The notes under the pieces: model-generated
Databases searched by the model: none
What the model saw: the letters and a program-made list of their open reading frames with translations, nothing else
Told to the model about the DNA's origin: nothing
Made by a program: the position numbers and the translations under genes
Part shown: piece by piece, positions 44,014-54,433 of the stretch
Position numbering within the stretch: the first letter of the stretch is position 1
Layout of the letters: every line of letters starts with the position of its first letter
NCBI GenBank assembly: GCA_918797485.1
Contig: CAKKNE010000004.1
Span: 4,526,001-4,590,000 of the forward strand
DNA: 64,000 nt
Reading direction: 5' to 3'
DNA from: Pelagomonas calceolata
Lineage: Eukaryota

Positions 44014-45108
44014 TTATACGCCGGTCCACTCGAGGCCGTCGAGGGCGCATGTGTCGAGCTTCATGCTACTGCTGTAGCCCGCCGATATTCCCACGCAACC
44101 TTGGTCCTTGTCACCGTCCGGGAGCTCGCAGAATCCGTCGAATGTGTCTTCCCTGAATATCATCGCAACGTCGCCAGGCTGCCAAGCCTCGGCGATCATC
44201 TCGCTGAAACCCATGGGAAAATCGGCCGGTCGGCCGTCGAACGTGAGATAGAGGTCTAGGCCGAGCTCGCGCACATCGCCCCCGCGGCGCTTCCTCTCCA
44301 CCTCTTCCGGCGTGGCGCCTGCCGCGCGGAGAGTCGCCTCGTGCTTGTCCTGGCGAGCCATCGCCCGTCGCCGCACCCAGGAGCGTTCGGGCTGGATCGG
44401 GTATAAAGTGCCGTTGAATTCGATGCCCTGATTGCATGTGGCCATGAGCTCCAGTTCCGTGCGTACGACGGCGCCGTCTGCGCGCCGGATGAGAGATAAC
44501 GACGCCCGCACAGTCCCTTCTGTCATCCTCGAAGGCACGCCGCCGGCTTGCTCTAGCGCCTCCTTCCAGCTAATGTTTCGTTTGCCCATGCTGATTTCAC
44601 GAGCGCGATTGCGAATCGGGTCTTCCGCGGCGACCTGGGCGACCAGAACATCGTATGCCGCGGACGGCGCCGGCCGCAGCCGAAGTGTGTTTTCGTAGTA
44701 GCTAGAGCTAGCCGCCGCGCTTTGCCGTTGCATTTCATCGAGCGGCGCCGTCGCCGAAATCAACGTCTTCCCGTCTACTTTGAGCTCGAAGAGAACCAAG
44801 ACTCCCTCGGGCGTCGTCTCCCTCCGCGGCTGGGGACAGGCCAGCCGGGCGTACAGCGCGCGCGCGTCGAGAGCCTTTCGCGCCGCGAGTCCAGACCAGA
44901 CGTCGGGCCAGCGCCGCTGGACGAAGCCTTGCCAGAGCGCGGGCGTGACCGCGGCCCGACGCCACCGCCGACTCATTTGTGCGGCGACGCCGCCGACGGT
45001 GCGCACATCGAGGAACGCCATGATTGCTGTGAGCACGTCATTTGCGTCGGGAAAGCGCGCCGCCTGGTCGACTCGTCGGCGGGAAGCAGCGTCCTTTGCT
45101 GCCTCCAT
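44014..45108 (-). CDS. F-box-like protein
   Basis: DVLTAIMAFLD...AAQMSRRWRR...LWQGFVQRRW. Confidence 0.7.
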   Translation of the reverse strand: MEAAKDAASRRRVDQAARFPDANDVLTAIMAFLDVRTVGGVAAQMSRRWRRAAVTPALWQGFVQRRWPDVWSGLAARKALDARALYARLACPQPRRETTPEGVLVLFELKVDGKTLISATAPLDEMQRQSAAASSSYYENTLRLRPAPSAAYDVLVAQVAAEDPIRNRAREISMGKRNISWKEALEQAGGVPSRMTEGTVRASLSLIRRADGAVVRTELELMATCNQGIEFNGTLYPIQPERSWVRRRAMARQDKHEATLRAAGATPEEVERKRRGGDVRELGLDLYLTFDGRPADFPMGFSEMIAEAWQPGDVAMIFREDTFDGFCELPDGDKDQGCVGISAGYSSSMKLDTCALDGLEWTGV

Positions 45109-45227
45109 CTTTGCAGCCCGGGGGCAGCAGTTTGAGCTAGTGCGCGCGCCCGCGAGATGATGTTCGGGATGCTAGTGTGTCACAATTCCGGTAGCATTTC
45201 CTAAACCTCCCGGATTTGGTACTACTC

Positions 45228-46142
45228 TTATTCCGGTGACGCTTCCGACGCGGTCCGCTCCGCGGCCTCCGCGGTTTTACCGCCGCTCAGCGAGTACCTC
45301 CCCAGGATCAGGTTCACGTCGCCGAGCGCGCCCCACAGATTCAGTAAAGTATTCTTCTTGATGGTCAACCCACCGGAATTGAGCAGCTTGAGGCCGCCCC
45401 GCGCCTCGTAAATTTCCGAGGCGGGCACGTCGTACGCGTCATCCGCGTCACCGTTCAAAAGTGCCGACGAGAAGAAGACCCGACCCGGAGGTATGCTCAC
45501 GTCGTTCCGCTCGGCGCCCGCGGGAAAATCCAGAAAGAACCTCAGGCTCTGCTCGCCGGGCCGCCCCGTCGGCGCGGCCCACCAGCCGCCTCCATCACAC
45601 GCAACAGTAACAGTGCCGCCCGGCCCGACAAAGGAGCCGCCTTCGCAGTCGAGCCGCCGGCAGTAGCGGCCCGCGAGCGCCTCCTCGCCCGGGAAGCCTA
45701 GATCCAACTCGTCGCCCGTAAAGCTGCACTGCAAGGGCAGCAACAGCCGCGCGCCGCTCGCCGCCCAGGACTTGTCCATCCAGGTTCCGCTCTCGCGGCC
45801 GACGGACATCGTGATCTTAAAGTCGAGGCCCGCCAAATCCGCCGACGGCTCGCCGCCGTCGGGCTGCGCCACTCCGCTTTGGGTCGCGAGCTGCGTCGCG
45901 ACGAAGGCGGTGAACGCGACGTCTATTGCCGTACCGAAGTAGTCCGCCTGGTCGGAGCCGAGCTTCGGGACTTCCAGTATGAGGTCACGTATGCTCTGGA
46001 TGCCAAGCAGTCCTAGCACGACGCTGCCGCCATACTTGCGAATGGGGTTTTCGGCGTGCAGCGCGGTCGGCGCGCGCAGCGATGGCGTCGACGGTGCGAA
46101 TGCATGCGTGGCGCACAGCAAGTACGCAGCGACAATGCGCAT
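45228..46142 (-). CDS. Putative plastid membrane protein of unknown function
   Basis: MRIVAAYLLCATHA-F-AP presequence; two hydrophobic segments; GTWMDKSWAASGARLLLPL. Confidence 0.75.
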   Translation of the reverse strand: MRIVAAYLLCATHAFAPSTPSLRAPTALHAENPIRKYGGSVVLGLLGIQSIRDLILEVPKLGSDQADYFGTAIDVAFTAFVATQLATQSGVAQPDGGEPSADLAGLDFKITMSVGRESGTWMDKSWAASGARLLLPLQCSFTGDELDLGFPGEEALAGRYCRRLDCEGGSFVGPGGTVTVACDGGGWWAAPTGRPGEQSLRFFLDFPAGAERNDVSIPPGRVFFSSALLNGDADDAYDVPASEIYEARGGLKLLNSGGLTIKKNTLLNLWGALGDVNLILGRYSLSGGKTAEAAERTASEASPE

Positions 46143-46332
46143 GATGATACCTTTGCGACTCAAAGCAGCCAGCCAGGGGGCAGTCCTTGTTGTAGGTCTG
46201 TGAGCACGCGTTCGATGCTTCCACGGTTGTGCAGGAGTTCACGGTACCGTTATATGTAAAAACGCAGTCCTTAGTATAAAATAGTAGCAAGCACGCGCGG
46301 CAGCGGCTAAGATGTGCTTGTTGCTTGGATGC

Positions 46333-46354
46333 CTAGTGTCTTACAGGCCGCTAG
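46333..46354 (-). promoter_or_regulatory. CTAG-box motif copy
   Basis: CTAGTGTCTTACAGGCCGCTAG; divergent intergenic region. Confidence 0.75.
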
Positions 46355-46475
46355 GTCATAACCCCAGGGCTCAAGCCGCGGCGTGGGCTAGTCGAGCGTC
46401 GGGAGGGCGAGATCACGGCCGTGGAAATTCGGTGGAGAGCGGTCGACGGCAGACAGTGCCGGATCATCAAAATTG

Positions 46476-47204
46476 ATGATGACAGACATGGAACCAATAC
46501 ACAGGGCCGCCCGCGAGGGCGACGTGGACGCGTTGCGACGAGAACTCGAGAGCGGTGTCTCGCCCGACGTAGTATCTCCGCAGGGCTTAGTGCCTCTCCA
46601 CTATGTCGTAGCTTGGGCCGACCATGATCGAGTCGCCTGCGTCAGACTACTCGCAGCCGCGGGAGCGAATATGTCATCGGCCACCCCCGACGGGAAGATG
46701 ACGGCGCTTCTGTATGCTGCCAGGGACTGTAATCCGACAGTTATGGCCGCCCTGCTCGACGCCGGTTCGGACGTGAACCAACGCGATGCCGACAATTGGA
46801 CGCCTCTTCACTACGCAATCTATAGCGATCGTGGTGCCGACTCCATCCGCATTCTCATTAATGCAGGTGCCGCGTTGAACGCGAGGTGTAGAGACGGAAT
46901 GACGCCCCTGGAGCTCTGCATATCGCGGCGTCAGAGGTTTCTCCGAAGCATTTCCGCCGGCGATGCCGTTAACTCGGAGAGACAACGCCGCCTCTACCCG
47001 ATTTTGCTCCGCGCCGGCGCCGCCCTCCCCGCAGAAACGGACGACGCGTACATACGAAAAGTGCGCGCGGCGGGCAGCTTCCAAAATTACGAGCGCGCCC
47101 ACCTCAACGCCATCACCGCGACGTTCCTCCAAAAGCTCCCTAGTCTCCCGCCGGAGATGGTCCGGCGAGTCGTCGAGTACGCGTTCCACGTGGGCGACTA
47201 TTGA
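46476..47204 (+). CDS. Ankyrin-repeat protein with C-terminal SOCS/F-box-like tail
   Basis: PIHRAA, PLHY, TALLYAA, TPLHYA, TPLE; LPSLPPEMVRRVVEY tail. Confidence 0.88.
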   Translation: MMTDMEPIHRAAREGDVDALRRELESGVSPDVVSPQGLVPLHYVVAWADHDRVACVRLLAAAGANMSSATPDGKMTALLYAARDCNPTVMAALLDAGSDVNQRDADNWTPLHYAIYSDRGADSIRILINAGAALNARCRDGMTPLELCISRRQRFLRSISAGDAVNSERQRRLYPILLRAGAALPAETDDAYIRKVRAAGSFQNYERAHLNAITATFLQKLPSLPPEMVRRVVEYAFHVGDY

Positions 47205-47274
47205 TTAGTGCGCTGCTGAGTAAGAATATGTCTCCGCGCGTCTAGGGATGGGTGCGTGCAGGTTTAATACACAA

Positions 47275-48411
47275 CTAGTGAAACCTTATGTTGTTCGCCG
47301 ACGCCGCCGCGGAAGAAATCTTGTCCCGCTGGAACCTAGCTGAGGTAGGCCCGGCCACGTCCCAGCGCGCGTCCTCGACCCACTGGTTGGCATCCACCAC
47401 CCCTGGAAAATTATCGGTAGTAAAATCCGTCACCGGTGCTGTACAGTAGTCCTTGGCCGAGGCCTTTTTATTTAATGGACCATATTCACGAGTCCACTTT
47501 TCCGTGCCGTAGTCCTTGACCCACTGCGGTAGCGTGGCCTCCCTCGATTCGCCGTGGTTCTGGGGACCTAACACTTCACTCTCGGGCCGCGACAGCAACC
47601 AGATGTTCGCCGGGTCATTTAAACAGCTCCACTGGTCTCTTGGATTGACTTTTGGTGGAGCATCCGAATCCGAATCTTCGGAAGACGAGGATCCCCACGC
47701 CCCAATACCTAATTCACCTACCTGTGAAGGCTCGACGGGCACGGTGGCCTCGCCGTCCCACTCGGCTGGCGTGAGCGGTACGGGGTACAGCGTAGACACG
47801 TCGATGTCCTTCTTATGCGCGATGAAGGCGGCTTCGATCGTGTCGAGCACCTTCCGCCAGCGCAGCAGCCAGTCCATCGACTCGGGCTCCCGACCGCCCG
47901 GCTTCCGTCGCGTCCCCTTCAGATCCTCGAAGGCTTTACTGACAACGAGTAGCCGGAACTCGGATTCATCTTTCCACACTTCGCCGGTGTTCTCGATGCG
48001 CAGATAGGTAGGTGCGTAGGCCGCCCGCAACGTCTTCTCCATCAATACCTGTCTAGGACCAGGCTTCGGCTTCTTCTTCTTCTTCTTCGCGGCGAACCAG
48101 CCCCTTTTTTTCTCCTTTTTTTTGCGCGCGGCCTCCTCCTCCCTTAGTTTTTCTTTTGCGGCTTCCCGTTCCGCCCGATGCGCGGCGTACCTCGCCGCGC
48201 GCTGGGCCTCCTTCTCCTTGGCGTATTCCGCCGACGCCTCGACGCTCACGAAATTCGCCCCGGCGTGCTGCTGCACGGCGCCGACGCCTAATGCCGCGAG
48301 GACGCCCTTGTTGCCACTCTCTAATTTACGGAGTTCGCGCTTCTTCTGGGCCTGGGCCTTGGCCAATTCTAAGCGCGCTTCGTCGAGGTCCTTGTTGAGG
48401 GTGGCGCTCAT
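47275..48411 (-). CDS. Coiled-coil protein with a divergent BolA-like domain
   Basis: LRAAYAPTYLRIEN...ESEFRLLVVSKAFE...LTPAEW. Confidence 0.6.
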   Translation of the reverse strand: MSATLNKDLDEARLELAKAQAQKKRELRKLESGNKGVLAALGVGAVQQHAGANFVSVEASAEYAKEKEAQRAARYAAHRAEREAAKEKLREEEAARKKKEKKRGWFAAKKKKKKPKPGPRQVLMEKTLRAAYAPTYLRIENTGEVWKDESEFRLLVVSKAFEDLKGTRRKPGGREPESMDWLLRWRKVLDTIEAAFIAHKKDIDVSTLYPVPLTPAEWDGEATVPVEPSQVGELGIGAWGSSSSEDSDSDAPPKVNPRDQWSCLNDPANIWLLSRPESEVLGPQNHGESREATLPQWVKDYGTEKWTREYGPLNKKASAKDYCTAPVTDFTTDNFPGVVDANQWVEDARWDVAGPTSARFQRDKISSAAASANNIRFH

Positions 48412-48576
48412 CTTTTATGTGCTCTTGGTAGGGTAGCTGCTTGGGGCGCGTCGGCGGCGTGGGGAGGCTGCCCAAAGGTGCTGAGCCCTTCGTTTGGGAT
48501 GCGTGCGGCAGCCCTTAGGCCTCTCTGTCTCGAGGGAGTGCCTCAGGAGGCGAACACAGCGCCTTTTGCTTCGATC

Positions 48577-48598
48577 CTAGTATGTCTGTGAACGCTAC
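48577..48598 (-). promoter_or_regulatory. CTAG-box motif, degenerate copy (GTAGCGTTCACAGACATACTAG on minus strand)
   Basis: Divergent intergenic region; same spacing. Confidence 0.4.
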
Positions 48599-48728
48599 CA
48601 CAGCGCGACGTCATTTTTTTTCGAGGCTCCCATACGCGACACAGAGAGTCTCCGAGCACCACTGCTCATAGGATCAGACGCACACATTGCCAAACTTGTT
48701 TACGAAAACTGCTCAGCTTCGCTGCACG

Positions 48729-49289
48729 ATGGTGCTCTTTTTAAGGCGTTTGACTGCGAGCATCGCAAGCCAGGCCGCGAGGCTGCCGCGGCTCGGATTG
48801 AGGCGAAGCAGCAACGCCACGGCCTACGAGACGCGCGCCCAGCCGGCGCCCGGCGTGCCCTTCCACGTGGCCATTCCTGTGCACAACATCGACGTCGCCA
48901 AGCAGTTCTACGGCGAGACGCTCGGTTTGGAAGAGGGCCGGTCCTCCACAAAGTGGCAGGACTACGCGATGCACGGCCACCAGGTTGTGGTTCATTGGGT
49001 CGGCGAGGAGTACCGCGCCCAGGACTACGTGAACCCCGTCGACGGCGACGAGGTGCCCGTGCCGCACTTTGGGCTGCAGATGCCGACCTATGAATTGTGG
49101 AAGGACGTCGTCGATAGGGTGAAGGCTGCGGGCATTCCTTTTATTATTGAACCGACTTTGCGCTTCGAGGGCGCGCCGGGCGAGCAGTGGACGTGCTTCT
49201 TCAAGGACCCCTCGGGCAACAATTTGGAGTTCAAGCACATGTCGAAGCCCCAGAATTTATTCGCGAAGTACAACGTGGCGGAGGGGTAA
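48729..49289 (+). CDS. VOC/glyoxalase-family protein, mitochondrial-type presequence
   Basis: PFHVAIPV...FYGETLG, GHQVVVH, VPVPHFG, DPSGNNLEFK. Confidence 0.9.
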   Translation: MVLFLRRLTASIASQAARLPRLGLRRSSNATAYETRAQPAPGVPFHVAIPVHNIDVAKQFYGETLGLEEGRSSTKWQDYAMHGHQVVVHWVGEEYRAQDYVNPVDGDEVPVPHFGLQMPTYELWKDVVDRVKAAGIPFIIEPTLRFEGAPGEQWTCFFKDPSGNNLEFKHMSKPQNLFAKYNVAEG

Positions 49290-49290
49290 G

Positions 49291-50493
49291 TTACTTAATG
49301 AAGTTACCGACTATTTCAGATACGTCGCCCTCCTCGTGGGGGCAGTGGCCCGCTCCAGCAATCTCCACCAACTCGACCGACGCCGCCGGGGCGCTCGTCC
49401 GCAAGTTCTCCACTAATCGACGGGCGTTCGCCACCGGCACGAGAGCGTCATCTTCACCATTAATGACCAGAACGCGGTCCAGAGGTATGTAGGCTGACCT
49501 GAGGGCGCGGGCGAGCCGCGCTTCGATACTATCACCCGTCAGCAGAGCATTCAACACCTGCTCGAGGCGCGCCGCGCAGAACGCGAGGAGGCCGCGCTCC
49601 CAGCCGACGACGCCGGCCGCGCGCGCGTAGCGCTTTGCGTAGGCGTTTAATTGATCAGTGTCCTGGCGTGCGCGCTCTCCATAAGTAGCCCCGAGGCCGC
49701 GCGGCCAGAAGTCCTTTGCGAGGACGAGGCGCCTCACTAGAATGCGGAAGGGCCAGCGCGTCACTACTAATTTTGTAAGAGCGCCGACGGCGCGCGCTAT
49801 GACTGATCGTCTCTTGACAGAGGGGGGACCGATTGATCGTCCCGCGACGATCGCCGGCGCAATTAACACTAATGCAGTCCGCGTCCCGGCCTCGGCCGCG
49901 CGCACCGCCGCGTCCGTCGCCGAGACCGCGCCCATGGAGTGGCCTATAAAAACAACAGAGGACGCGTTCCGCGTCAATGCGAGCGCGACGTCGCCGCCGA
50001 GCATGTACTTATGTCGCTGCGACGGCCTCTTTGTTAATCCAAAGCCCGGGTGGTCGTGCGCGATGACAGAAGCTACATTCAATTGTACAGAGAGCGCCTC
50101 CAACAACTCCTGGAAGCTCTCGGCCGTGCTCCCGAAGCCGTGCGACGCGTGGACCGCCACGGCGCCTCTGCCTTCGTAGGCGACGATGCGCACGCCTTCT
50201 AAAGGTTTTGTGGAGACGATTCTCGAGTTGGCATCCGGCAGTAATGTTACAGGTTCGGCAAGAACAGGCGCTCGTAGCAGGTCTCGCGTTATGCCGGCCG
50301 CCAGTGGTTGAGTTAATAACCCCGCGACAACCGCGGCCGCCGGGCGTCTTTTTACTAACTTGGCGAAGACGCCGAGGGCCGCGAGCCACGATAAGGCGCG
50401 GTCGCCGGTTTCAGTCGGCTTGTATACTGCTGAAGGCGGCAGCGCCCCCGACGAGAGCGCCGCGGCCACCCTCAGGAGGAGCAAAAGCCTCAT
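49291..50493 (-). CDS. Alpha/beta hydrolase with signal peptide
   Basis: HGFG, DHPGFG, GHSMG, GEDD, GHCPHEE. Confidence 0.88.
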   Translation of the reverse strand: MRLLLLLRVAAALSSGALPPSAVYKPTETGDRALSWLAALGVFAKLVKRRPAAAVVAGLLTQPLAAGITRDLLRAPVLAEPVTLLPDANSRIVSTKPLEGVRIVAYEGRGAVAVHASHGFGSTAESFQELLEALSVQLNVASVIAHDHPGFGLTKRPSQRHKYMLGGDVALALTRNASSVVFIGHSMGAVSATDAAVRAAEAGTRTALVLIAPAIVAGRSIGPPSVKRRSVIARAVGALTKLVVTRWPFRILVRRLVLAKDFWPRGLGATYGERARQDTDQLNAYAKRYARAAGVVGWERGLLAFCAARLEQVLNALLTGDSIEARLARALRSAYIPLDRVLVINGEDDALVPVANARRLVENLRTSAPAASVELVEIAGAGHCPHEEGDVSEIVGNFIK

Positions 50494-50874
50494 CGCTGCT
50501 TCCTTCGCTGAACACGCTCGAAGACCGCCTCGAGCAGGCGCGCCAGGGCGTAGATTATTAGAAAGGCTACAGCAAAGAGCACGGAGGCGAACGCTGCCGT
50601 TCGCAGGCGTGCGGCGGGATTGGACCAGCGGTTGAGGATGTCAGCCTCGGTTGCCGGTTTTCCTAGCATCTATGCGGCGACGGCGTGCCTGAGCTTTTTT
50701 GTTCGCTCGCGTCGGCACTTAGTGCTGCCTTTGCTGCAGCTGCTGCAAACACCTTTCTCGACGCCTTACACGTTGATTGATGGACTGATTTCGCAGCTAT
50801 GGGCTGTGAGCTATACAGGCCGCTTTTCTTAGAGCGCTGTGGCTCGCTAGGGCTGTTTACACTGAGTGTTGCAG

Positions 50875-50896
50875 CTAGCGTCGTGTAAGACACTAG
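50875..50896 (+). promoter_or_regulatory. CTAG-box motif copy (CTAGCGTCGTGTAAGACACTAG)
   Basis: Divergent intergenic region. Confidence 0.75.
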
Positions 50897-51007
50897 CCCG
50901 CAAAACATCAATCAACTCGTGCAGCCACGAAGCACTGGAAATACACACCCGCGCTGCAAAATTGCATCAATAAGGCCAGCCGCTACGCGCGCTGACAGCG
51001 CAGCAGC

Positions 51008-54000
51008 ATGCGTGCATCAATGTGCGTGCTGACGCTGCTGCTGACAGCCAATGCTCTCCGCACGCCGTCGCTGCGTATGAGCGTCGCGGATCCACAACGA
51101 AGACGCCTCTTCCAAGGCGCCGCAGCATTGATAACTTTCCGAGCCTACGAAGCACCCGCAGCATCGAAGACGACAAGAATACTACAAGAGACCTTCGCGA
51201 AGCCGCAAACAGACTCCAAAAGCTACCGACTCGTAGAATTAGCGAGCGGCGTCCGCTGTTTACTCGTGCAGGACCCGAGAGCCGAGAAGTGCGCCGCGGC
51301 GCTAGATGTACATGTGGGCCATATGTCCGATCCAATCGACCGCCCGGGCCTCGCCCACTTCTGCGAGCACATGTTGTTTCTGGGAAACGACAAGTACCCG
51401 GGTGAGGACGAGTTCGAACAGTACATCTCGAGAGTCGGCGGCTCCTCGAACGCGTTCACGGACACCGAGGACACGTGCTACTTCTTCGAGCTGCCTGATC
51501 CGGCGAAGGTCGGCTCCGCTCTAGAGCGGTGGGGGCCCTTCTTCTCGGCCCCCAGATTCGCGCAAGATGCGACTCGTCGAGAGGTCGAGGCGATTGATAG
51601 TGAACACTCAAAAAATCTGAAGAGCGACGGGTTTCGGCTCTTCCAGCTGACGAAGTCGCGCTTTCCTTCCACGCACCCCTTCTCGAAGTTCGGCACGGGG
51701 ACGCGGAAGACCCTGAGGCCTCCGAACGGCGACGGCGACCCGCCCGTCGACAAGTTGCGAGAATTTTACGGTACGAACTACGTTGGTAGTAATATGGCCT
51801 GCGTCGTCTGCTCGACGCAATCCTTGGACGTGCTCCAGAAGCTCACCGAGAATGCTTTGGTAGATGTCAGAAGTACTACTGAGCGAAGGCCTCCGTCCAC
51901 ATTGTACTTCGACGAAGAGCCGCTACCAAAAGATTCAGATGCCTATGTCCTGGCATCCCTGCAGTCGCAACGAGAGCTCAGTGTGCAGTGGGTCTTACCG
52001 TATGACCGTAGTGATCCAGACAGTGCCTTTGCCGATAGGATACAAAAACGCTACTTCCGAGATGACCTGTTTCTGTCTCATATTTTGGGGCACGAAGGGC
52101 CTGATTCAATCCTAGCGGACCTAAGGAGGCGAGGCCTCGCCACGGGGCTCGGTGCTGGTAGTGGTGAAGACACCGATCAGTTCCGAACTTTTGATGTTTC
52201 TGTACAATTAACACAGAAAGGTTTAAAGGAGTGGCGCAGCGTCTTGGCGACGATACGGGGCGCGGCGCTTGGTTTACAAACGGCGGAGTGGCCCTCCAAC
52301 TGCTTCGAGGAGACGGCGCGGATGGCGCGGCTCGGGTTCCAGTGCGGTCTCGGCGTCCCGCAGTTATCGTCGCGTCGATGGCGTGGGAGCGCTACGCCAT
52401 CGAGCGGGGCCCAGTGACGTTGATGTCCGCGCAGGTGGGGCGAGACGCCCGACGTGGCGAACCTCGCGACCGCTTTAGCTGGTAAATTACAAGTGGTGGG
52501 CTGGGGCGCGTCCGAAGATTTGAGGGATCTATTGGCTTTAGATAGGACGCCGCGCGACGCGTCGACGGATGAGAGAAGACGGGCGGTCTCCGAGTTATTG
52601 AGGGAGATGAACACTAACGTGCCATTGGTGACCGTAGTGGCGCCTCAAGATGAGTTACAAGTAGCCGCCAAGGGTGCTAAAAAGGTAGAACCCATCTACA
52701 AGACGCCCTATTTCGCCGAGAAGCTCTCTGAAAAAGTGACCTCGTCTCAGATAAAATTTCCGCCGGTGAACCCGTACATACCCGATACAGACCCAAAGCC
52801 CAAGTACGCCAAGAAAGCTAAGCCTACGCTCAAGGACTTCGGGCCGCCGACCAAGTTACTAGACGACGGCTTCGGCAAGCTGTGGTTCAAGGAGGATAGG
52901 ATCTTCGGCGTGCCGCGCGCGGCCGTTTTAGTTTTGTTGAGGACGGAGGCCACCGGTTCGAGAAGTGCGGCCGACGCGATTCACGCGCGGATCTGGACGC
53001 GCCTCGCTGCCGATGCCTTGAGAGATGCGGACTATCAACGAGAGTTTGATTCTTATGATGCTTCTTTAGCTGGCTTAGAATGGACATTAGGGGCCGGGCC
53101 GCGCGGCGTGCAGTTGTCGTTTGGGGGCTACGATGCTAAGCTTCCCGAGCTTGCGGAGGCAGTGGTGAGTGCGGTGAAGGGCTTTGATGCCGTACAGTAC
53201 GCTCTGAAAAATGATAATCTCGAGCGCGTGCTCGATGGTACGAGAAGAGACATAAGAGCGGCCCGGGCGGCGCCGGCCTCGTCGCGATGCATCGAGGAGC
53301 TCGGGGTGCTCACAGAGCGACCGAAGTTCCCTTTGATCGAGGCCGAGAACGCCCTCAAGAAGACGAACGTCGAGTCCCTGCGGAAATGGTTGACTGAGAA
53401 CGCGAACGTGTTTGGTTCTGTGGCCGCGACGGATGTCCTGGTCGAGGGCAACTGCGACGAGACTTATGCGAGGCGCATCGAGAAAAGCGTCCGAAGTGGT
53501 TTATCAGGCGGTTCGACCATCCCGGCGGAGCCCTCGGTGCTCCAAGTGCCTCTCTCTACCAAAGTACCTATCAGATATGCGGCGAAACCCTCTGCAAGTG
53601 ACGAGGTCAACTACGCCGCCATTTATTCCTACCAAACGGGAAGCGGGTCTGACGTGCGGGCGGCTACCTTGGTACTTTCATCAGTGCTAGAGGCGCCCTT
53701 CTACGAAGCGTTGCGGACGAAACGGCAATTGGGTTATGTGGTCCAGGCCGCGTCGCGCTACCGAGAAGGTGTGTCGTCTATGGTCTTCCTGGCGCAGTCG
53801 GCGAAGGATGATGACGTGTGTAGAGGACCGTCGGATTTGGTCCGATATATCGACGAATTTTTAGATACTGAAGCGCCTCAATTACTAGATAAGTTGGACG
53901 CAGCCCAGCTCGCGGACATCGTCGACGGCCTCGCGCGGCGGTTAGACGAGCTCCCGAAGGCGCTGGGCGGCGCGGTGGCCCCGCACTGGGACGAGATCGT

Positions 54001-54232
54001 GTCGCGGCGCTACGACTGGGACCGGCGGGCCCGCGAGGCGGCGGCGTTGCGGAAGTTATCTGTTGGTGACGTGCGCGACCTGTTCTATCTTTCGCTTGCT
54101 CGTACTGGTGCTTCTCGGAGACCTATACTCGTCGTCGCGGACCGCGGGAAGCCGTCTTCATCAATGAGAACGGACGCGATCCCGGACGCGGCGGCGTGGG
54201 CTTCGAAGCTGGAGAGCTGGGGGTCGGCGTGA
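51008..54232 (+). CDS. M16A metallopeptidase (insulysin/pitrilysin-like), exons 51008-52341 and 52435-54232, 1043 aa
   Basis: GLAHFCEHMLFLG inverted zincin, NAFT, HILGHEG, LRTKRQLGYVV. Confidence 0.92.
52342..52434 (+). mobile_element. Intron from a decayed introner (93 nt, contains an in-frame stop)
   Basis: Right TIR TTGATGTCCGCGCAG, core GTCGCGTCGATGGCGTG, TSD GTGCGGTC vs GTGGGGCG (5/8); left TIR lost. Confidence 0.7.
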
Positions 54233-54268
54233 GCTTTTCTGTGTAAGTTGTTTATACGTATCTGCTTG

Positions 54269-54288
54269 CTAGTGTCTTAGCGGTCTAG
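54269..54288 (-). promoter_or_regulatory. CTAG-box motif, shortened copy (CTAGACCGCTAAGACACTAG on minus strand)
   Basis: Upstream of the carrier gene; followed by CAAGCA. Confidence 0.5.
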
Positions 54289-54433
54289 CTCAGTACCACC
54301 CGGGTGCACCACCAAAGCCGCAGCTCGCAAAGCGATGCATTGAATTACGTGCACTTGGATCAGTCGACACTTTACGCCATCGCTGCGACGGCCGAGACCG
54401 TAATTTGCAACGAATCCATCGCTACGGTCAGAA

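Noticed and set aside
52342..52434. Stop-codon readthrough or selenocysteine at TGA 52415-52417 (same frame on both sides)
   Set aside because: A 93-nt GT-AG intron with introner remnants explains it
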